A stretch of DNA of 64,000 nucleotides from Fistulifera solaris. Its lineage: Eukaryota. The translations under genes and the position numbers were made by a program. The DNA is taken from the NCBI GenBank assembly GCA_030295235.1, contig AP026136.1, positions 930,001-994,000 of the forward strand. Direction: 5' to 3'. This document shows, in pieces, positions 47,201 through 61,052 of the stretch. A model generated the notes under the pieces. That model did not search any database and was not told the origin of the DNA. It saw only the letters and a list, made by a program, of their open reading frames with translations. Numbering within the stretch: the stretch's first letter is position 1; each line of letters opens with the position of its first letter.

Positions 47201-50200
47201 CGCCGAAGCGATTGATGGGGCTCGAAAAGCTATGGACAGCAGGCTAACTGCCTTAATGGCTGAATCGTATAGTCGCGCCTATCCAAGTATGGTAACAGCT
47301 CAAAACCTAGCCGAAATGGAAGAGATAATTGAATTTCATAAGCTCGAGGAACATGCCCTGTCAAGCAACAACCAGCATCCAGCAAATCGTCCGGATGCAG
47401 AAAGAGCCCGAGCTCGCTTGTTAGCAGTTTGGAGGGATCGACTCGCTGGATGCCGCATGGATGCGGACGTACATGCGTCTATACTTGCTGTTCGGTCGCT
47501 CGTCGTGAAACCGGAGGAGGAAGTTGAGGCTACTCTTACTTTGAGTAATCTCTCGAGGCATGCTCAGCAATTTAAATTTGCCGAAAGAGTGCTTCTAGAT
47601 TCGCTAGAGGCACTAAAAGCCGACCTCGATGGACCCGTGTTTGGTTTGGGCCTTCCTCCGTCCCTTCGCACCTTGCACGACTTTTCGTCGGTTCCAACAG
47701 CTGCGTTACCAAACATCGTCGACAATCTGCTTGCAGGCGACTTTAGAAACATCGTTGCAAGTTACGGGTCGACACACGAACAATGGAGTAAAAGCTACTA
47801 GCTGAAGCTGGTGGGCTACAGAGGTGAGTGCGTTACATGTAATTTTTGCTCACATCGTTATCGGTTACTCAGTTGCCACAAAGACTTGATATCCAGCATC
47901 GTCTCTATTTCGCTTATGTAAAACACCTTTGGTACACTGAAAGAAAAGATGAAGCCATGTCAAGGCTTTCTTGCTTCTGCGACGTTATGGAGATGATTTC
48001 GAGATGTGAGCAAGTTGCCGATTCATCGCTTCGTGTTGCCAGCTGGCTGGAGCTTGGAGAGTGGAAGCTTTCACAAGAAGCGCCGCCTGCCCTTCTAAGC
48101 AGTCCACTTCAGCTTGAAACACTGACCATCTTTAGGCGTGCCACGACGCTACACAATTGTGGTTATAAGGCCTGGCACACTTGGGCTCTTTTGAACCTAC
48201 GAATCGTCCTAGAGCAGCGCGAGCGGGAGAGCTCGGGCAAAATCTCTGTGGCTCATTCAGGAAGAAATTTAAGGAATCACGTTGTTGCCGCAGTCAAAGG
48301 ATTTGTCAATGCAATTAGTTTAGGGACTAAAAATGGAGTGCATCCGTTCAACAGGATCTGCTGAATGTGCTTACCTGCCTATTTCAGTATGGAAAGCTTG
48401 AAGACGTTGCGACTGTGATTAACGAATGTATTGGGAACGTAGCTATCGAAGCTTGGCTAGGTGTCCTTCCACAGCTATTGGCTCGCATCCATATTGTGGA
48501 ACCTTCGATTAGGGCGGTTCTCCATCCCTTGCTCATTAGGCTTGGCGAGAAACACCCTCAGGCATTGATGTACCCGCTTTCCGTTCTCCTCAACAGTCCC
48601 GTCGCCGAAAGGAAAGCATCAGCAGAAAGTCTGATGAATTCGGTAAAAGCTCATTCAAGTGCTTTGGTGGAAGAAGCCCAGATGGTTTCGTCTGAGCTTA
48701 TACGAGTTGCAATCCTGTGGTTGGAAATGTGGCACGAGGGCTTGGAAGACGCGTCTAGACTCTATTTTGGAGAAGGAAACGTAACAGGAATGCTGGACCT
48801 TTTGTTTCCATTACACGAAATGCTTGAAAAGGGAGCAGAGACACGAAAGGAAACAGAATACCTGAGTAACTACGGACAGGATTTGTCAAAAGCGTTCGCT
48901 TATATTAAAGAGTACAGTCGCTTGGCAACTATGGATGGAGAAGATTCGTCTCGTCGTGATGGCGGTAATGTCCGAGTAAGCGACGAAGCAGAAACTGCGA
49001 TGAACAGAGCCTGGTAAGTTTATTGAGCATGTTGGTTGCTTGTATAGCTTAGGCTTCACTGATTAGTTTTCCTTTCTTTGAATTTATTATGACGTAGGGG
49101 TAAGTGTGCAATTTTGCGTTTGGTTCACCGGACAATTTGGGTACTCTAACTCGTCTGTTATCAAAGATATCTATTACATTGTCTTTCGCAAGATCAACAA
49201 ACAGCTTCCTGCTTTAACGAAGCTGGAATTGAATCAGTGCTCACCGTCGCTGAGTAAAGCACGAAATTTAGAGCTCGGTGTACCTGGAACTTACAGGATA
49301 GACGGTTCCTACATCAAGATAGATAGAGTGCAATCGGAGGTCGAAGTCATTACAAGTAAGCAGCGACCGCGAAAGATAACGATGAGAGGAAGTGATGGAA
49401 AAATTATCTCTTTCTACTTAAGGGACACGAGGACTTGAGACAGGATGAGCGTGTCATGCAATTGTTTGGGCTAGTTAACGCCTTACTGGTCCGTGATTTG
49501 CAGACGAAAAACATGATCTGAAGATACAACGTTATGCAATTTCTGCACTCTCTCATAATTGCGGTGTCGTTGGGTGGGTTCCGCATTCCGACACTCTTCA
49601 CAGTCTCATTAGAGACTACCGTTTAAGCAAAAAGCTACCCTTGAATATGGAAAACCGAGAGATGACCCGCATTGCTCCAGACTATGATTTATTAACCGTG
49701 ATGCAAAAGTGGAAGTTTTCTCAGAAGCACTGAGAAAGACACCTGGTGGCGGCAACGACTTGGGTGAGATTTTATGGCTGAAAAGTACAAACAGTGAAGA
49801 GTGGCTTGATAGAAGGACAAAATTCACAAGAAGTTTGGCTGTCATGTCGATGGTTGGATATATCCTTGGTCTTGGAGATCGCCACCCATCTAATCTCATG
49901 TTAGACAAAGTGTCCGGCCGAATCCTACATATTGATTTTGGGGACTGTTTTGAAGTTGCAATGAATCGCGAAAAGTTTCCGGAGAAAGTGCCTTTTCGAC
50001 TCACAAGGATGCTTATTAAAGCGATGGAAGTGTCCGGAGTGGAGGGAAGTTATCGCTCGACTTGCGAGCGCACCATGTCAGTTCTTCGCGACAGCCGAGA
50101 TTCTCTGGTCACGATGCTTGAGGCTTTCGTTTATGATCCATTAATTAGTTGGCGTTTGGCAGACTTGTCGAATAGTGGATCTTCGCATAAGCCATCGACT

Positions 50201-50800
50201 CATCATACTGGGGCCGAGATTGGACCACGATCGCTCAGTGATGATGTTCCGATGGAAATGATCCGTACAGGCAGACCAAGAGTGCAATCAATTCGCGAGC
50301 TAGCAGATGAAGACATTGACGATGACGATATTTATGGTATTGACCAACAAGCACGAGGATCCTTTCCAAACGACCCAAGCCAAAGTAACAACGACACGCC
50401 GGGCAGAAGTCAAGCTCGATCCATGCAGATGTACGCAAACATTCAAAATTGGGCAGCAAGTTTGACCACGGATGCTAGAATTGCTAGTATTGCTGCAGAG
50501 CGATCCGAACAAGCGTCTGTCGAAGGGTCACTTGCTCGCTCTCGAATTGAAAGAAGCATGAAGCAACGCGAATTACTAAGTCTTCTACGTGGAAACGACG
50601 GTGTAGCGCTAGAGGAGGCGTTAAATGAAAAGGCTCTGAAAGTTATTCGACGCGTGCAAGACAAGCTGACTGGAACCGATTTTCCGGACTGCGAAGGGGT
50701 GCCCCTAGACGTTGCAGACCAAGTGCAAAGGTTGATCGTCCAAGCTACTAGCTGTGAAAATCTATGTCAGCTTTTTATTGGATGGTGTTCGTTTTGGTGA
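41277..50800 (+). CDS. TOR: Target of rapamycin kinase, multi-exon with many frameshifts
   Basis: HEAT repeats, '[19 protein letters not shown]', FAT, FRB '[22 protein letters not shown]', 'ITSKQRPRK', '[19 protein letters not shown]', 'GLGDRHPSN', 'HIDFGDCFE', FATC '[14 protein letters not shown]'. Start uncertain. Confidence 0.96.
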
Positions 50801-51719
50801 TCTTCTTTGCTACCCGAGTCGGGTAACATCCCTGGGGAATGTAGATGGCACGTTGTGTGAAAAGAAAGTAGAATGACAGATTGCCACTTGGAGTCGAGGT
50901 GGGACGAGATATCGGTTATGCTTGCAAAACTTCAATTCTGCAATAAAAAGGCAGAGGCATAGACCGGACTAATGAATAAATAGTTGAGTATTGTCGACCA
51001 GCTCCACTAAAAGCGTCAATAACTGTAACAATGAACGCCATTTGTGTCGATTTCGATGCTCTAATAAAATAAATACATAAATACTGCACAATGAAGTATC
51101 ACCAGGAATTCAGCTAATACATCGCCCCCACTTCCGGGGTGTTCGATTAAATTAGTTACCCCCGACATTTGACTAACAAATTCGTTTATGTTGCACATTA
51201 AAAGTAATGCCGTCGTCATGGGACTGGGGTCAGTCGTCCTACTCTCTCCCCTCTAGATTTGAGGTCATCCTAAATTACATCTTTATAGGTCTATAGCTTC
51301 AATTGTACGCCAGCTGCTTTCATGTCCAAACGGATCCCGGATCATCGACCGAGTGATTTGCAATTTTGCACCCAGAAACCAGACGGTAACACCGGCTGCA
51401 TTCTACTCTTGGGTCTACACAAGATGATTTGTTTTCTGACTTGCTTACTTATGGATGTTGAGCGACAGATGGCCAAGTCTTTGGAGAGAACACAATGACA
51501 AAGGAATGGCGAATGGGATTGGTGTCGTTGTTCGCGTCGGGGTGTCGATCGGCTTTGATGTTTTCCACCTATCGCATTTCGTTTGCAGTCGCGGCGAACA
51601 AGAACAAAAGACCGTGCTGTTGATGGTCCAAGGTCCTTGATGGCGTGGTTGCCTTTTTTCTATTCGCAAAGTAATAATTATTCATTCTTTAATGTCTCTG
51701 AAAATACTTACTTACAACA

Positions 51720-53944
51720 ATGCAAAACAACAATTCACAATCGAGAGATACAAGGCAATCTTCTGATTGCATGCCCGTGCGAGTGCAGGACAATGATATG
51801 AACGTTTCATCAAACGCTGCCCAACCTCAAACATCTCGTGGGCCAATAACGGCTACCTCGCAGAACAGTAGCAGTTGCAGCAATATTCAGGCTCTACAAC
51901 AGCAGCAACTGCAAATTCTGGCGGCATGTAATGCCGCTACTGCATGTGCAAGCCATCAGCTTCAAACGCAAGGAAGTAACAATGGGACTTTAGTGACATC
52001 GAACCTCCCTTCGATTGCACCAAACTCTTCAGTTGCCAGCGCCCCTATCCCTCCTGCATTTATGATGAACTACCTCATGGCTGTATCTGCTATGGGATTT
52101 CCTTCTGGCTTGGGAGCGGGAATGAACCCTTCATTTCCCCTTACTGCATTAGCTTCGGCGCATAAACCAAAACCTGTCCCTCACACTCCTGGAGTTTTTC
52201 TACATTGCAGTCTTCGAAGTGGTAAATGGATCGAGGAGGAAGAAAAGTACGCTGCCTTGCTCATCGAGCTCTTCGAGAAGGGTAAAATCCCACAATGTGA
52301 AAACGGAAGCACCTTACGATCGTTCTTGAGTCAAAAATTACACTGTCCGAAAATGAGAATCAGCAAGAAGTATGCCGGACGTGGCATTGGCAAGCTAGTA
52401 TACACTGACAAAAGCAAAGTAGTCATGACCTCGGAAGAAGAAACCGAGCACATGAGCCTCGTGGCGAAAGTGTTGGAAGCTCAAGAAAAGTTCCATCAAG
52501 CCGCATTGCCTAGTCAGAATGCTTCGACGGTACGTCCAATCGATTGCAAAATTGTTCTTATTGCTTGCAAAGAGGATACCAGGTAGCTCTAACATTATCT
52601 TTAATCCGACACTACCAAGGCTACGATGAACGGGTTCGGGTCACTTTCCGCACCTTCTTTGATACCCGGCTTACCGCCGACACCATCGTCAAATCTTGGT
52701 ACGCCATTCACGCCCATACAACCTTCATTGCCAATCAGTGCACAAAAGAGTTCATTTATAGCCTCACAAGTAAGCAGCGATGCACCGAAGAATACATCAC
52801 CAACAGCTATTTTCACAGAACAGAAAGACGTCTCGAGTGAAGAAGCAGCTAAGACTTTACTCGAAGAATCGGCAAAATTGTTGCGCCAATCATTCTTGGC
52901 GGCTTTCTATCAGTCGGATGCGCCGAACTCGATTTTGAACGCTCAAAATGGTTTGGAAGTAAAATCTGAGGTTCCATGTTCGACTACACTTGAAAGCAGT
53001 CAGCCTCTAGTGGCAAAAACGAACGATAGTCAAACTTCATCCAAACCAGGGAAACGAATTGGCCAGTCCTCAGAGTCACTTCACCTTGCGCCCCCTTTCG
53101 ATCTGAGTGTGTCAAGCACTTCTTTGACGAAACAAAAGGGAGAACAATCGATTCCATCTGCTCTCACGAGCCGATCCTACAATGATTTTCCTTTTATCAC
53201 TGGAAATAGCCATCTGTTGGCTGGAAATGTTTCCGCGATTGGTGTCTACAACTTGTCATCGCCTGATGCTTCAAAAAGGGCAGCAAGGTCTAACGCAAGT
53301 TCAAACCCTCTTTTACGGCGGAGTCCTATGCTATGTTTGCCGTTGAATCAGCTATGGAAGCAAGTCAGCATGACGCTTATCTCCCGTGTTCTAGGATCTA
53401 TAGTGGAACAGGAGATGACCAACAGTGTCAAATTGTGTTGCGCTCGAATTCTATTGATAACATCGATGGTGTGGTAAATCTTCTTGCCAAACAATCAACT
53501 CAAAAACAGCAAGAAGTGCCGTTGGAGAAGGGTGAACTTCGAGACAGCAAAAGTCACGGTGCTTTGTCAACGGAAAGCAGTAGCCACGGGGCAGGTAGTT
53601 ACGAAGGGAAGACTTCCTACAGCACACTATCCATGCAACGGGATCCAGGATACACTGCAACGTATGAAGCTATGAATTTCAAGCCCGCATACGTTAGCGC
53701 CAGTGAGCGTTCCTGTTACCCTAGTACGGAATCAGAATCTTTTTCGGCTTTGGAATCATTGCGTGGTTCGACGAATAGCGAGAATACGGAGTCGAGTCCT
53801 TCTGACGGCGGCAGCTCTTCTGAATCGTCTGACTGCGGTCATAGCGTACGGAGAAAGCGAGATCATACAGAAGGCGAACCGAGCACCAAATTACCTATTA
53901 GAGACGCGAAGCGAACTCGAAAGGAATTCGCAATGATCAAGTAA
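51720..53944 (+). CDS. Low-complexity putative transcription factor with a Myb-like domain
   Basis: 'LRSGKWIEEEEKYA...TLRSFLSQKLHCPKMRISKKYAG'; Gln/Ser/Pro-rich flanks; C-terminal NLS-like RRKR. Intron/frameshift junctions near 52530-52620 and 53310. Confidence 0.7.
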
Positions 53945-54156
53945 GACACCTCTTCGACGTGTTCAAATGACGTGATAACGTCGTCGTAACCTTTTGCTGG
54001 CGGGTATACCGAAATCATCACTCCCATGTCATGCTCGACGGGATCTTTTCCCACATTTTTGTGTGCGATGATCTTTTACGCCTGAAGACATAAGTGTTTG
54101 CAATAGGCGGTTAAAAATATAGACGAATGAACAAAATTGATTGTCTCGTTAACGAT

Positions 54157-56541
54157 TTATTTAGTTGCTGCACCAAGAGCGGCGAGAGCCCTGCTTCGCT
54201 TGGCTACATTCTCGCCTTCGACTACAAAACGAATGTTGTGTCGTGCTCGTTGCTTGTCAGCATAAAGATGTTCTACACCATAGACACCGACAGTTGCGTG
54301 TGTCTTGCTATAGTGTTCATGAGCCTTTGCATCATTTTCGTTGTTGTCTTCGACTAGCTTTTCCCTATCATTTGAATCGGGAAGATCTGTGGCTGCTATA
54401 ACAATATTGCTTTCCAGTAAAGTGAAGCGGTGCGCACCCATATCCCACTTATTTTGGTTGAGTAAAACGATGCGACCGGGGACGCGATAGGATGGATCAT
54501 GGTCCTCAGTACCAACCATGACAAAAGAAGTCCCATCGGATGCCTTCTGTCGCTCAATAGGATCGTTCCAAGGATTAATTTCTCCTGGACTCAATGGCTC
54601 CTGACCGTGGCGCCCTAAGACTCGATTTAGTGTGGATCCTAAAGAGCACGGCCCAGAAGTCCACAGAGTGTCAAAGGCATGTAAGATAGAGAGTTCAGGA
54701 TCAGGACAGAAGGTAGCATCTACGTCTACAGAAGTGTATCGGTTGCGAACTTGATTGACCACTGTCTCAATGACTTTAGCAAGAATAGGATGACCTGGAG
54801 CAACTGCCATCAAACCATTCCATAAACACATTTGGTGATCTACTGGTTTACCCGGCTGTAGAGATAGCACATGAAAGAAAAGATCAGGGTGGGCAGCATA
54901 ATTTATGAAGCAAATGCCCAAGAACTTACCTCATCTAATGGTACCATAAAACCCACATCATGAGGAATTGAATCGAGAGACGTTTCTAAAAGAATATCAA
55001 CGTCAGCATAGACTCCGCCATGAATGAGTAGAACGCAATACCGGAAAAGATCAGCTTTGAATGCCCCTGGATTGAGGGCATCGTAAGCCTCGCGTACCGC
55101 AGGCGGGAAATGGGCGTCAAGAAACACGACCGAATCCTCGTCACTGTAAAACTTGTACTCCCACCCCGATTTGCGAAACGATTCCGTCAGGCGGCTCATA
55201 TTTGGATACTTCTCTCTATCGTCTTGAAGCGGTTCAAACCAAGTTTGGTGGACGATTCGAGGAATCAAGCGTCGCGAATCACGGGCATAAACGGGTGGCT
55301 TTATATAGTACGTAGTCGTGTCGAATTCTGGTGGTTCGAGAGTGCAGAGCTTCGCACAAAAGCACTTGCAAACGGCTCCACATGATTTGCAATCTGCTCC
55401 AGCTTTGTCGCGGAGACACTTGGAACACGCTGTTTCCAGAACTTTGGGTGAGCATTGTTTCTGAAGCTTCTCGTAAATTGTTAAGTCCGATCCCTCTTCA
55501 GACGTCTTTTGCGTGTTACCTTGTTTCCAAAGTAGTAATGTAAGGTAATTCGTTTTCTGACCACGAGTTGAAGTTCAGCGGTTTCGGCAAGGAACTGGTT
55601 TCAGGAATTCGGACGACGGGTAATAGCGGATATCGAGACACGGAAACCGTTTCCGTCCCGTCGTGAATATAACAGCAGAATCCTGTTCCCATAGGGCAGT
55701 CATAAAGTAGTCTATCATTGGAAAGCCCCGTGCTCGTTAATCGATGCATTTTCGGGCAAGAACTTTTTAGAAACGTGCAGGATTGCTCGGTAGCCTCACT
55801 CTTCTCCCCATCAATGAACTTAAAAAGCATTTTTGGGATAAGGAGAGGGCTGACCAGCAAAGTATCAAGTGAAGTTTCGAGGAGAACTTTCAACATTTGT
55901 TGAGCGATATCACGTTGTTGCCGAAGTACAACCAGGCTCGTTGTGATTGCATCCTTTCCGAACAATTCTTCGTCCGCCCTCACCAGAATACTCGAGTCTA
56001 CCCGAGCAATAGTATCATGTAGTCGATGGAGTAACGGACTAGCTGCATCCATATACACAGAAAAGTCTGCCTGCGACAATGCACACCACTTGAAAACTTC
56101 TACCGCCAAGAACTCTTGATCATGCGAAACGAACTCATTAAAACGGGCCGTCGCTTGGTGGCAGTTTTGTTGAAGAAATGATTGTTGTTGATCCAGAATC
56201 AGCGCATGAACTTGAAAACGGACTTTGTCGGTCTCTACGGTCTGTTTGAGCCCATGAATTTGCTTTTTGACAGTGAGAGACGTGCCCTCCGGCAGGTGAA
56301 TGTAAACTGGAACAGTTTCGATATCATCCAAGAGTCGTCGATGATGTAGTTCAGCGGAATAAATGTCATTGCCGATTGATGGAATGGAGAGTGATTGGAG
56401 AAAGAATGCTACCGCATCCCCACTTCTCGTATAATGCAATGCCGCGCTCACTGTCAAAATGGAGATGGAGGTAAACAACAACAAGATTGATTTGGAAGTA
56501 AGCCAGTTCCCAGGACTACGTTGCGGCAACGCCTCGTCCAT
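54157..56541 (-). CDS. Type II membrane glycosyltransferase, GT32/Och1-like (DXD), multi-exon
   Basis: N-terminal TM; 'IPRIVHQTW', 'GAFKADLFRYCVLLIHGGVYADVD', 'LWNGLMAVAPGHPIL', 'TSGP'. Confidence 0.85.
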
Positions 56542-57070
56542 GCTATTGATTCTGTCGTATTAGTTTGAGCTGTCGAGTCGGCTACTGGTATTACTGTTAT
56601 TATCCTCGTCAATGACACACAGCCACAAGCAAATGACACGAGCAATACTTATAAAATACTGGTACAACGGCTTTCTGTTTGCCCGTACCAGTACCCGCTG
56701 CTTTCTCGTCAATAGTACACTAGCACCGTAGCGACTTCATTGAAGTTTCCGGACGGCTGACGGTTGACACAGGTTGGCGTACTGCAGCTGCAGCGAAGCC
56801 AATGCATTGCCTCGCGCGATGCTGCGCTGCGCGGCGTTTGGCGTCATTCATGCTCAAGCGACACGCGACATTGCGAAACGACGCGCACGATGAATACCGG
56901 TACAAGTACCGTACCGGTACAAGTACCGCTACGGTATTTGCTACTTCATCCAAAGTCCAAAGGAGTATGCTATTACAACACTTTGTGACCGCAAACGGTG
57001 TCCCTCTTCTCCTTATCATCTTTCGATCCTTTTCACCAAAGCCTTATTGAACATCAAATCATAGAATAGC

Positions 57071-59161
57071 ATGTTTAGCTGGGCTACAAGTCATTTGGAG
57101 AAGCTAGCGAGTACAGTTGCGCCCCAACCCACCGACCCTCCCGGTCGTTTCATTTATGCATGCAAAAATGGAGACGAGCAAGGGGCCATTTCTTTGCTGG
57201 CCGAGTTAGCAGGAGTCGAGTACTCGGTCGATACACAAAAGGACAGACACCGTTGCATTTTGCGTGCTTGTACTCGTTGACAACTTTGATGGAGCAGATC
57301 CTCTCGATGCTGCTGCAAAGACAGATCGACGGTTTGTCTGTGATGGATGTTGAGGGAAATACCGCTCTTCATTTTGCATCCATGTCGAAAAAAGCAAATG
57401 CACTCGACATGGTAAAGATTTTGGTGACAAAGTACGGTGCGTCTGTCTTGGCCAAGAATTCACAAGGTCAAACGGCGTACGATGTTGCATCAATTCCCAG
57501 TCTTCGGCAGTATTTACTTCCATTGCAACTTCAGGAAGAAACTCGTATTGCTCTCAACAACGGAGGCGTAGGATTGATTCCAGGAATGGACTTAGGAGGA
57601 CTGAAAGTAGCAAACTCGCATCTGCCGCCTCCTCCTACAATTCCGGGAAGTTTCCCTCCCCATGAACAGCAATTCGCATCTCCTACGGGTATCACACAGC
57701 AACATTCACAGGGCCCGGATTTTACTCCCACCGACACAGCAACGTCGTTTTCTTCACAATATCTACCCCCACCTCCGGTCATGACCTCGATAGCATCGTC
57801 TACTTCGCCGGATAGCGGCGCTCCTCCTTCGGGTTCTTCCGCTGGCTCTGTCCCAGCTCCTCCTTCTTCGGCAAATCGTGACTACTCTCTTCGAGGATAT
57901 TCTTCTGCGGCTCTAGAGATCAAAACAAGTGACGGACGAAGGGTCTTGAAACCGGATGGGTTCCATTCTTCGAGCTCGGATAAACGACTGCAGCAAAAAT
58001 ACGGTCATCAATCGGGAAATCGTTTCGCGAACTTACCGCCTCCACCACGATCCGGAGAACAAGTCACGCCTCCGGTAACGAGTCCGGCGTCCGGTGGGCT
58101 TTCCGGTGCTCCTTTGAGCGCCAACAGTAACCCTTTGCGGGAGGACGACAGCAGCTCGTTGGCGTTCGTCCGTCTACTCGATACGTTGCCGTGGACCATG
58201 TCACAGGTCAAGCACAGCCAGCACCACCGGCAGTCAGTGGACACCCCACTCCTTACACCACTCCTGTGGCAGCGAGTTATCCCGTGCCTTCCTTCACGAC
58301 ATTTCAAACTAGCCAACTTGCCGGCAACCAACAACCGGTGAATGCCTCCGTGCCGATGGTTCCGCAACCAGCACCGATAGCACCAGTCACCTCGTCGCCC
58401 GCCTTTCCACCACCGCCTCAGTTGACACAAGTCTCCAATTCACCCGCTACTGCCGCGGGTCTCTTTGCCACACCATCACCGGTTCGACGATTAGGAGAAG
58501 CCGATCAGGACTTCTCTAGCCTGCAACAAAGGATGGATCAAACGCCGTCCGCAACCCTTACGACACCTGGCGCTTACAAGATTTCCCCCGCCCCAAAGAG
58601 CGGTGAAAGTCCTTTTTGACTGCTTCACCAACGAGGGCATCCAAAATGTTTTCAGCACCGCCCGAAAATTTACAAACCTTGGCGCCGGCCATTGAGACAC
58701 CGCAAGAAACACAACAAACAGTCACTACCGTGAAGGCAGAAGCCACGCCAGCAACAAGCGTCGACGATGCTGCCGCAATGTTTGCTTCTGCCGCGACACT
58801 ATGCGACTCGTCTACGGTTCCGACAGCAGCTGAATCATCGTCAGTCGTTACTTCTCATCTGGAAGGAACGTCAACGAGCAAAGGAAGTCCGTTTGCACAG
58901 GCTTTGAGAGATTCCTCCACTGCCTCGGATCTGTTCGCGAGTCCGCCCAGCAATATGGCGGAGGAGTCACTGCAAATCGAAACGATGACTGCTACAAAAG
59001 GCGAGCAGCCCCAAGCGTCACCGCAAGCGACGGAAGAAGACGAAGTCTTGGACGAAATTCCTTTATCCCCCACGAAAACATCTACGATGCAGCCAGAAAA
59101 TGGTAAGGATGGTCTCTACCAGGCGATTGGTATGCCACCGCCACCCTTTTTAAGAAAGTAG
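57071..59161 (+). CDS. Ankyrin-repeat protein with long Pro/Ser/Thr-rich tail
   Basis: GQTPLHFAC, GNTALHFAS, GQTAYDVA; joined across frameshifts (~57238, ~58135, ~58615). Confidence 0.8.
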
Positions 59162-59252
59162 AAGAAAACCAGCTGTAATCGTTAACAGGTTAAGCTAATA
59201 TTCCTATTTTTACATTCAGTGCTCTCGTAGTAGTACATCTACCAGCGAAAGT

Positions 59253-60622
59253 CTATAGATCAGAGTCCTCTAACCAGCGGACTATGGCAGACACTGTTTC
59301 GTCTGCCTCGGTATAGCGCAATCCGTCTTTCGCTGCATCAGCGCCCAAAATATCTTCTATTCGTTTTGCTAGCTCTAGCGGTGGCGCAATAAGAGGCGCA
59401 GCATGCCCACCTGGTAAATCGCGCCGTTGTACGTCGATATCTACCATCATAGGCCGCTTCATTACAGCAATTTGCCCGGCTGCTTGTAGCAGCTCTTCTA
59501 TCTCATTCGACTCATCGATAGGATCGTCGGTGTATTTTATTATCAGTGTTCGTCGCGCCCTGTACGCACGACGTGCTGCCTCTTTACTCGTATCGGTGTC
59601 GGGTCAAAGTCCCTGGCCCCTAAAGCGACCTCATCGATCAAGCCGGGAATTTGTTCAAGAGCTTGTAAAACCTCTACAACGAGCGGAACGATCTCGGCAT
59701 TGGAAAGTGCCGTCGTCGTGGGAGCAGTGAGACGCAAAAACGCATCCCGTACTGCCGGTGGGACGACAAAGCTGTCCTCACGAGTAAAGGGCCCTTGGGA
59801 ATAAAATGGAGGCGGTACTAGTAATCGCAAAGCTTTGGATAAGAGTTCATCGGACGGAATCTCGCCTTTGGCAGCACTCTGTGCCAGTCGCAGGCCCGTA
59901 TTGATTACCTCACTGCCGCGAGGACGCGAGGTTTCATTCAAGGCAGCGGCATAGGTGAAAAATGGTACAAATACTTCTTCGAAAAAAGGGACAGCCTCTG
60001 TTACGGGTTTGTTATTGAATGAAAGCAAAGCGTTCGCGGCACGCGGTGTGTCGGGAAAGAGGCTGGTGATGAGGACCTGCAACAATGCACCACACGAATG
60101 GCCCATACCAATCACAGGTAATGCGCCATAAGTTTGCGCTATTTGACCGGCGATTCGCTCAAAGCGAGAGATAACCATATCACATGTACTCAAGTGATCG
60201 AAGGATAGGGTGTAGGGTGTCGCGATGATGAGGAACCCTTGTTCCGCGAGTCGTTCCAAGACGTAACGGTAACTAATATGTGGAGATGCGCCAACCAAAG
60301 CGCCTCCTAAAAAGTGAATGACAGCCCTAGGTGGACCTTGTTCGATAGAAGGTCGTAGTATAAAATTGTTTTCGAGCTCTTCCCACTTGCCAATCTTGAA
60401 TGACGTAGTTACTTTTTCGAATGAATTTGGTGATTCCCCACCTTTCGCCAGAAGGACGGTTTGAGAGGCACAACCCTGTAAGGGATTTCGATTCGGCTTG
60501 TTGTTGACTTGAAAGGGTACCGCAAACTGACATAACGCCACAAGAAGAAAGAACCGCAGTCGAAAATTTGAAAGACAAATGAGCGGTGCTGCCCCTCGGC
60601 TCATGGTGCGTTTTCTACTCAT
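59253..60622 (-). CDS. DUF1350-family alpha/beta-hydrolase-like protein, plastid-targeted
   Basis: 'VIHFLGGALVGASPHISYRYVLERL', 'IIATPY', 'GMGHSCGA', 'LLSFNN', C-terminal 'LPGGHAAP'. Frameshift ~59585. Confidence 0.8.
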
Positions 60623-60883
60623 GGCTCTTCTCAAGGCCAAATATTCGCAGCAACCACAATGCGATTTCAGTTTCGATAATACTCAATGTGTCGCCTTTCT
60701 TTTGCCGACTACTCTCCCTCTTAATTCTTTTCCTATTTCTATTGTTACCGATTAGCTTGAAAAGAGTGAGTCAGTGCGCTCGTTGTTGAGCACATCGTTG
60801 TTGTCGATTCAACTTTCCGACTGAATTCCAATCACGAGTCTGGCAGTTCTGAAACCTTTACCAGTTACCGACGCGACGCGAAC

Positions 60884-61052
60884 GACCGGTACGGTACCGT
60901 ATGTACCTGGTACCGGTACTTGTACCGGTACCGGTACCAGTAAACCAACTCCGGGTGTACCTGGTACATCGGTACTATTATCCGGCAACCATACCATGTT
61001 GGTGGATGGTGATGGTGGATGGTGATGGTGGATGGTCATGGTGGATGGTGGA
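60884..61052. repeat. Low-complexity GTACCG tract followed by (GATGGT/GGT) microsatellite
   Basis: Directly visible. Confidence 0.85.

Noticed and set aside
41277..50800. TOR pseudogene, split gene or programmed frameshifting
   Set aside because: All domains are in order with intact motifs, and similar indels occur window-wide, so sequencing error is simpler.
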